Origin: Solirubrobacterales bacterium
GTDB taxonomy: Bacteria; Actinomycetota; Thermoleophilia; Solirubrobacterales; JBBDJG01
Length of the DNA stretch: 64,000 nt
Assembly (NCBI GenBank): GCA_038203635.1
Contig: JBBRDT010000001.1
Coordinates: 22,003-86,002 of the forward strand
Direction: 5' to 3'
The notes under the pieces are model-generated. The model made no database searches. It was not told the DNA's origin and saw only the letters and a program-made list of their open reading frames with translations. The position numbers and the translations under genes were made by a program. Within the stretch, counting starts at the first letter, position 1. Each line of letters starts with the position of its first letter. Positions 58,522 to 64,000 of the stretch are shown here, piece by piece.

Positions 58522-58809
58522 CGCCGACACTGACGACGCAAGACGACGAAGGACGACGACTCCCGCTTGTAGCCACGGGTTGCGGCCGATGCGGCGACGG
58601 TCAACCGCACGGCGATCCTGATCGTCTTGGCGGCGTTTGGGCCACTACCGGGCCACACGCGGTGGGCTCGCGGTGCGTCGACGCCCTGGTCCGCCACGAC
58701 GTGGCGAGGAACGGACCCGGTCGGAAACCCGGCGGCGCTGAAGTCTTTGCGCGGCGCGGCCCCAACTGAGCTATGCGCCCTCGAGCCGGCAATTCTAGGC
58801 GCTCTGCCC

Positions 58810-59751
58810 ATGCTCCCGATCTACCATGGCGCCATGAGCTCCGAGGTTGCGCTGTTCGACGGCCGCCGTGCGGCCGACGATGGAAAGGTGATGGAGGGCA
58901 GGGACGGCTGGCTGTTCCTGGACCACGACGCGGCCGAGTTCGTCAAGCAACTCACCGGCGAGATTCTGCTCACCCAGGACGAGCTGGAGAGCTGGCGCAC
59001 AACGCTCGAGCGACGCAGCGCCCGCCTTGCGGCGCTGGGCATCCCCTACTTCTTCCTGATCTCTCCGGAGGCGCACTCGGTCTATCCGGAGAAGCTGCCT
59101 GCCCACGTGCGCCCCGCGCCCCAGCGTCCCGTCACCCAGCTGCTCGCATATCTCGAGGCGAGCACATGTCCGCTGAAACCGCTCTACCCACTCACACAGC
59201 TGCTGGATGCGAAGCGCGAGCATCCCGTCTATTCGCAGACCGACACCCACTGGAACGCTCACGGCGCCTTCATCGGCTACCAAGTGCTTGCAGATCAGCT
59301 GGAGCGCTCGGTCCCGATCCGGCGCGTCGCGAAGGATTCACTCGGGCTGCGTGAGTTTTAGCAGGCCGGCGACCTCGGACTCAAGCTCACACCGGAGCGT
59401 GCTTCGCTGCAGGTCCGCTACGAGCTCGAGGACCGCCGCCGCCACTTCGTCGCCACCAACGGGCGCTTCGGGGTCGGGCGAATGATCGCGTTCGGTTGCG
59501 GGGAGGCGCCGGACACGCGGTGCGTCCTGTTCGGCGACTCCGCCGCCGCATGGACCTCGCCGCCGTTGAGCGCCAGCTTCCGCCGGCTGGTGATCGCCTA
59601 CGACGCCGGCGTGGACCTCGAGCTCGTGAAGCGCGAGCGCGCCGACGTCGTGATCTCACTTCAGACGGAGCGAAGGATGCGATTCGTGCCCGCCGACCCT
59701 CCGGACGGGGAGGAACGCTTCGCCTGGCCCGCCGAGACGGAGAAGGCGTAA
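58810..59751 (+). pseudogene. AlgJ/AlgX-like (DHHW/SGNH-like) O-acyltransferase family gene interrupted by an in-frame TAG
   Basis: ..GWLFL..PEAHSVYPEKLP..YSQTDTHWNAHGAF.. then TAG at 59359-59361. The same frame continues QAGDLGLKL..CVLFGDSAAAW.., so the Asp-His and the Ser of the triad are split. Confidence 0.6.
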
Positions 59752-59842
59752 CGCGCCTCGGCTTGTGCGAAGCGCTCGGCCAGAGCCCTGAGATCGGCCT
59801 CGCCGGGAGGCGGGGCCGGCACTTAGCTGGCTGCGTTGTCCG

Positions 59843-60202
59843 CAGCGCACTCAACTGGGTCCCGGAATACGGGCGCGGTTGCACTCGCGTCGATGAGCCA
59901 GCCGGTGGCCGGATTTCGCGCATGGCAAGCAGCGTTTCGGCGCTGATGAAACCTTGCCGGTAAAGCCAGGCGTAAAACGAGCGAGCGATCACTAGCCACT
60001 TGCGGACCGTGTTCGGATGGAAGCCGTCAGCGATGCTGCCATCGAGGAACGCCTGAATGTCATCGGCGGTCGCCTCTACGAGAGAGCGAGGCGAGAGGCT
60101 GCGCTCGAAGGCGGTGAGAAGGCGCGACTGCGCCGCGCGTCGTGCCGGGCCATTCCCTCGCGCGTCCAGAAACCGGCGCACCAGCAGGTTGCTCTCATCC
60201 AC
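59843..60202 (-). pseudogene. tyrosine recombinase/integrase, N-terminal SAM-like domain only (catalytic domain missing)
   Basis: ..LSPRSLVEATADDIQAFLDGSIADGFHPNTVRKWLVIARSFYAWLYRQGFISAETLL.. then the frame degenerates into Arg/Pro/Ser-rich read-through. Confidence 0.6.
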
Positions 60203-60293
60203 TCACGTCAGGTTGGCATGGAGCGCGGCGGACACCACCCGATGTCCCAACTCCCCTTCCCACCATCCCGACCTGCGGGATACTGCGCGGACG

Positions 60294-60713
60294 ATGTCGC
60301 GGGAGAACATGGAGATCGTGAAGCGCGCGGTTGCAGCGATCAACGAGCGGGATATCGACCGCTACCTCGACTGCTGCACTGAGGACATCGAGCTGACGAT
60401 CGTGGCCATGACCGCCGTTGGCGGGGTGTACTCGGGCCAAGACGCGATTCAAAGGTTCTGGACCGACATCGCTGACACTGCTCCCGACTTCCGAATCGAG
60501 CTTGAACGCTTGGACGCGATTGACGCGGGCCGAGTGCTCGCCTTTTTGCGAATTACCGCAACCGGACGAGCCAGCGGCCTCCCCGCCGCCAGCGATATGC
60601 CGACCGCGAACGTCTATGAACTCACCGAGGGCAAGATCAGGCGCGTCCGAATCTTCCTCGACCGCCAAGAGGCCCTCGAAGCCGTGGGGTTGTCGGAGCA
60701 GCCGTCCGACTGA
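60294..60713 (+). CDS. SnoaL/NTF2-like small protein
   Basis: MSRENMEIVKRAVAAINERDIDRYLDCCTEDIEL..GQDAIQRFW..ANVYELTEGKIRRVRIFLDRQEALEAVGL is the typical SnoaL-like layout. Confidence 0.7.
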   Translation: MSRENMEIVKRAVAAINERDIDRYLDCCTEDIELTIVAMTAVGGVYSGQDAIQRFWTDIADTAPDFRIELERLDAIDAGRVLAFLRITATGRASGLPAASDMPTANVYELTEGKIRRVRIFLDRQEALEAVGLSEQPSD

Positions 60714-60767
60714 CTTCTGAAGCTCGATGCGATGCCGCCCAACGGCAGTCGGAGATAACTTGGTCGC

Positions 60768-61079
60768 ATGGAACTATCGGACCTGTTGCGGCAGTTCGAT
60801 CCTCGCTCAGATGTCAGAGGGCGACAGTTCGAGTTGCTCTGCCGCTGGTACCTGCGAAACGCCCCCGAATACCGTGGGCGCTTCAAGGAGGTATGGCTCT
60901 GGAGGGACTGGCCGGAAGCCTGGGCAGCGGACGCCGGGATCGATCTTGTCGCGGAGGAACACGACGGATCGCTCTGGGCAGTTCAGGCAAAGGCTTACGG
61001 CGAGAACTACGCGATTAAGAAGGCAGACGTTGACTCGTTCCTGAGCGAGTCCAGCCGTCCCCACTTCTCGTACCCATGA
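60768..61079 (+). pseudogene. N-terminal Mrr/restriction-endonuclease-like domain, truncated (usually the head of a large helicase/restriction protein)
   Basis: ..FELLCRWYL..GIDLVAEEHDGSLWAVQAKAYGENYAIKKADVDSFLSES.. and the ORF stops after 103 codons, 80 nt from the tRNA. Confidence 0.45.
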
Positions 61080-61159
61080 GCGGTACCCGCGCGAGGAGAC
61101 GGGGTGTAGCGACGCTCTCTACAACTCAGAAAGCCCCATCGCAGCGCGGTTCCCTGGCA

Positions 61160-61232
61160 AGCGGACGACGGGGGTCGAACCCGCGACCTTCGGCTTGGGA
61201 AGCCGACGCTCTACCAACTGAGCTACGTCCGC
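61160..61232 (-). tRNA. tRNA-Gly(CCC): tRNA-Gly (anticodon CCC)
   Basis: The minus strand folds as a cloverleaf. Acceptor GCGGACG/CGTCCGC. D arm GCTC-AGTTGGTA-GAGC. Anticodon arm TCGGC-TTCCCAA-GCCGA. Variable AGGTC. T arm GCGGG-TTCGACC-CCCGT. Discriminator U. No encoded CCA. Confidence 0.9.
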
Positions 61233-61564
61233 GCGGGTCAGATTGTAGTCCCGGGCATGACCTGCCGATCAGGCGCCGGATCGGCTTCCCAAGCCAAAAA
61301 ACCGGCCACTCCGCAAGGATCTTCAAAAACGTCCGACGGTTCGCGCAAGTTTCTGGGTGGCACTACGTCTTAGAGGGTGTAGGCGGCAGAGCGCGCCGCC
61401 TCTTTAGGGACGCGGGGGCCACGGATGGCCCACGCGCCCGCTTCGGGAGACACTTTTCTCCCGTCGTCTGATGTGGATACGACCGCCCCCGGCGCGCCCC
61501 CGCCGGGGGTTGGTTCCTTTCTTGGCACGGTCATGGTGCTGCCCGGACTCCCCGCGGCGGTACC

Positions 61565-62035
61565 GTGTCCGTGATGAAACTGCTGCTCTTGACGGCGGCC
61601 GCGCTGGCGACCCTGGCTGTCCTCACCGTCGCGGCGGCCGGCGCCCCGCAGGCATCGCTACCCGACATCGAGGACGAGGTGATGTGCCCGACGTGCGGGC
61701 TACCGCTGAGCCATTCCTTCTCCCCGCAGGCGGAGCGGGAACGCGAGTTCATCCTCACGCAGATCGAGAGCGGGAAGGACAAGGACCAGATCAAGCAGGC
61801 CCTGGTCGCTGAGTTCGGATCCGAAATCCTCGCCGAGCCGGACGCCGGCGAGAGCGGGTTCGACGCCGCCGCGTTTCTCGTGCCCGCGGGCGTTGTGGGC
61901 GGCGGCATGGTGGCGATCTGGGTCGCCGTGGCGCGGTGGCGCCGGCGCGAGCGCGCCGACGGCGAGCCGGCGGTCGAGTTGAACGCGGCTGACTCCGCAC
62001 GCGTCGACCGAGACCTCTCGCGCTACGACCCGTAG
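61565..62035 (+). CDS. ccmH: CcmH/NrfF-like cytochrome c biogenesis (heme lyase accessory) protein
   Basis: Signal peptide, CPTC motif (EVMCPTCGLPLSHSFSPQAEREREFI..GKDKDQIKQALVAEFGSEILAEP), C-terminal TM helix. Start is GTG 61565 or ATG 61574. Confidence 0.75.
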   Translation: MSVMKLLLLTAAALATLAVLTVAAAGAPQASLPDIEDEVMCPTCGLPLSHSFSPQAEREREFILTQIESGKDKDQIKQALVAEFGSEILAEPDAGESGFDAAAFLVPAGVVGGGMVAIWVAVARWRRRERADGEPAVELNAADSARVDRDLSRYDP

Positions 62036-62044
62036 CGCCCAGCG

Positions 62045-62800
62045 GTGCTGGTGATCGCCGACAGCACGCCCAGCATCGGCCTCGCGTTCGCGGCGGGGCT
62101 GGCATCGTTCCTGTCCCCCTGCGTCCTGCCGCTCGTGCCCGGCTACCTGTCGACCGTCTGCGGGCTGACGCCCGGCGAGCTGCGCGCAACGCGCGGCGCG
62201 CAGTTGCGCGGGGTCGTGACCCGCTCCGGCCTGTTCATCCTGACCTTCAGCGCGATCTTCATCCTGCTCGGGATGACCGCGACCGGTCTCGGCAGCGCGC
62301 TGTCCGACAACCGGCAGACGCTCGAGAAGGTCTCGGGCGTCGCGATCATCGCGATGGGCGTCCTGTTCCTGCTGGCGCTGTTCGTGCCGATGTTGAATCG
62401 CGAGTGGCGGATCAATGCGCTCGCACAGCGCGCGGGGAGCGGCGGACCGCTGGTCGCCGGCGCCGCGTTCGCGATCGCGTGGACGCCGTGCGTCGGGCCG
62501 GCGCTGGCCTCGATCCTCGGGCTGGCTGCGACGCAGGACTCGGTCGCCGAGGGCGGAGGCCTGCTCGCCGTGTACTCGCTCGGGCTCGCCGTGCCCTTCC
62601 TCATCACCGCGGTCGCTTTCACGCGCGCGACGACCGCGTTCGGCTGGATCCGCCGCCACTACGCGCTGATCAACGGAGTCGCCGGCGCCCTCCTGATCGC
62701 GATCGGAGTGCTCGTGTTCACGGGAGAGCTCTTCCGCCTGAACATCGAAGCCCAGCAACTGCTCAACGACTGGGGCCTCAACTTCTGGCAGGACATCTGA
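62045..62800 (+). CDS. ccdA: cytochrome c biogenesis thiol-disulfide transporter CcdA (DsbD-beta family)
   Basis: FAAGLASFLSPCVLPLVPGYLS and AFAIAWTPCVGPALASILG are the two conserved Cys-containing helices. Six TM helices. Confidence 0.9.
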   Translation: MLVIADSTPSIGLAFAAGLASFLSPCVLPLVPGYLSTVCGLTPGELRATRGAQLRGVVTRSGLFILTFSAIFILLGMTATGLGSALSDNRQTLEKVSGVAIIAMGVLFLLALFVPMLNREWRINALAQRAGSGGPLVAGAAFAIAWTPCVGPALASILGLAATQDSVAEGGGLLAVYSLGLAVPFLITAVAFTRATTAFGWIRRHYALINGVAGALLIAIGVLVFTGELFRLNIEAQQLLNDWGLNFWQDI

Positions 62801-62801
62801 A

Positions 62802-63305
62802 TCAGCGCCGACCTCGGAACGGCCGTGGGGGTCTTTCCTTCTCGGCGTAGCGCACCACGCTGCGCGCCAGCAGGTCGTGCAGGCCACGGCGGTCGTCACG
62901 CAGGAGGATCAGCAGGTAGCCGGCGAACAACGGCAGGGCGGCGAGCGCCATGCCCACGACCCGCACGAGCGAGCGCCCCACGCGCAGCCGTTCACCTGCG
63001 CAGGTCGTTACCTCGATCCCCAGCGCTCGCATGCCGGGCGTCTGGCCGGTCAGCGACCAGAAAGCCGCGCAGTAGATCGTGAACGCGAGGATCCAAATGC
63101 TGGCCGCGCCAACGATCGTCTCCACGTCGCCATCCAGGTTGAAGTTGCTGAACGCTCCGATGATCAGCGCCACCACGACGCCGATCAGGAACAGGATCGC
63201 CTGCACGATCGCGACGTCGATCGCGAATGCGACGGCCCGCGTGACGAGTCCGGCATAGGCGGTCGCCGCGGCCGGATAGGTCCGTGCCTCGACTGCGACG
63301 TTCAC
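62802..63305 (-). CDS. RDD family membrane protein
   Basis: YAGLVTRAVAFAIDVAI.. and ..LLILLRDDRRGLHDLLARSVV (RDD motif). Three TM helices. Confidence 0.85.
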   Translation of the reverse strand: MNVAVEARTYPAAATAYAGLVTRAVAFAIDVAIVQAILFLIGVVVALIIGAFSNFNLDGDVETIVGAASIWILAFTIYCAAFWSLTGQTPGMRALGIEVTTCAGERLRVGRSLVRVVGMALAALPLFAGYLLILLRDDRRGLHDLLARSVVRYAEKERPPRPFRGRR

Positions 63306-63994
63306 GTGTCGCCGGGCGGCGGCAGCCCACCGTCCCCTCGCGGCAGCGCCGCCTGCTCCTTGCGCTGAGAGCGCCGCAGCACCTTACGTGTGATCCGTTC
63401 GGCCACGTCGTCGGCGACGATCGTCCGGCGGCGCACCTGATCGGCGACCTCGCCGGCGAGGCTCGCGCTGCCTGCGGTGATCGCCTCCATCACCTCGGGG
63501 CTGTGGGCGATCTCGTCCACGAGGCGCCACAGCTCCTGGCTCGCGAGCACCCGGTTGACGACGTCGTCGTACAGCGGTCCCTCGAACCAGCGCGTCAGGA
63601 GGCGTTCGACAGTTCGCTCGACCGAGTCGTCCGCGAGCGCCCGGGTCACGACCTCGTCGAGCAAACCCGCCTCGAGAACCTGCGTAACGAGGTGCGCGGG
63701 TACTTCTGCGGCGATCAACTCGGCGGTGGCGCGCTCGACCACCCGCGCCTCTATGAGCGCCACGACGATCCGGTCGACCGCGGGTCCGTCGAGCAGGCGC
63801 CGCAGCGCTGCGTCGGCCTGCGGGCTCATCAACAGCCGCTCGGTGAGCTCTCCCGCCCAGCGCGATGCGAGCGCACGGTGTAGCGCGGCGTCCAGTCCGA
63901 GCTCGGCGGTTTCGCGAACCCGCTGCTGCTCCCGCCGCCCGATCTCCTCCAGCAGGTCGAGCGACCGCGAGGCAAGCGGCAGGCGTGCCGCCAC
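63302..63994 (-). CDS. helical hypothetical protein upstream of the RDD gene (frame still open at window end; may be 5'-partial)
   Basis: Its stop overlaps the RDD start by 4 nt. High GC3. Leu/Ala/Glu/Arg-rich helical repeats. No motif was recognised. Confidence 0.5.
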   Translation of the reverse strand: MAARLPLASRSLDLLEEIGRREQQRVRETAELGLDAALHRALASRWAGELTERLLMSPQADAALRRLLDGPAVDRIVVALIEARVVERATAELIAAEVPAHLVTQVLEAGLLDEVVTRALADDSVERTVERLLTRWFEGPLYDDVVNRVLASQELWRLVDEIAHSPEVMEAITAGSASLAGEVADQVRRRTIVADDVAERITRKVLRRSQRKEQAALPRGDGGLPPPGDT

Positions 63995-64000
63995 GCGGGC

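Larger units (their letters stand above)
58522..61159. mobile_element. decayed integrated islet (~2.6 kb) in the 3' end of tRNA-Gly(CCC)
   Basis: Bounded by the 47-nt direct repeat. Contains a truncated integrase, a nonsense-disrupted gene and a truncated Mrr-like gene. GC is visibly lower around 60.7-61.1 kb. Confidence 0.7.

Noticed and set aside
61700-62899. 399-aa minus-strand ORF over ccmH and ccdA
   Set aside because: It is antisense to two genes with diagnostic Cys motifs and TM patterns, and its translation is Arg/Asp/Gly-rich noise.

Overview
This is a 64-kb window of a very GC-rich chromosome with strong GC3 bias. It looks actinobacterial, but the taxon cannot be fixed from sequence alone. 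All family calls are by-eye motif recognition; no searches were run. About 55 genes are supportable. Most long antisense ORFs in the track are GC artefacts. Main blocks: (i) 2.5-27.8 kb is a cell-surface block. It holds three signal-peptide-bearing purple-acid-phosphatase-type metallophosphoesterases fused to different repeat stalks: 17x DUF11; 12x FN3 plus 2x DNRLRE-like; and RTX Ca-binding repeats. The third has a mutated active site. The block also holds two PD40/TolB-like proteins, a GGDEF/HD-GYP protein, and a glycosylation pair (GT-C PMT/ArnT-like plus a GT2-GtrA-HprK-like fusion). (ii) 27.8-31.1 kb holds a two-component system with PepSY and lipoprotein genes. (iii) 33.2-39.7 kb is a Pel/galactosaminogalactan-like exopolysaccharide locus: GH114, a PelF-like DUF3492 GT4, a polytopic membrane protein, and a CE4/CE18-like secreted enzyme. 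(iv) A flavin monooxygenase is bracketed by inverted copies of a 36-nt hairpin element. (v) 46.0-50.2 kb is an eight-gene translationally coupled redox operon next to a two-component system. It encodes a stand-alone ferric-reductase-domain heme-b protein, a ferredoxin reductase, a ferredoxin, ApbE, and two paralogous pairs of tiny membrane proteins with acidic DD-COOH tails. This is my best candidate for an undescribed system. (vi) qNOR is coupled to a small membrane protein carrying a transposase-type Cys4 module. (vii) A decayed 2.6-kb islet sits in tRNA-Gly(CCC), bounded by a 47-nt direct repeat. (viii) CcmH/CcdA and RDD genes close the window.
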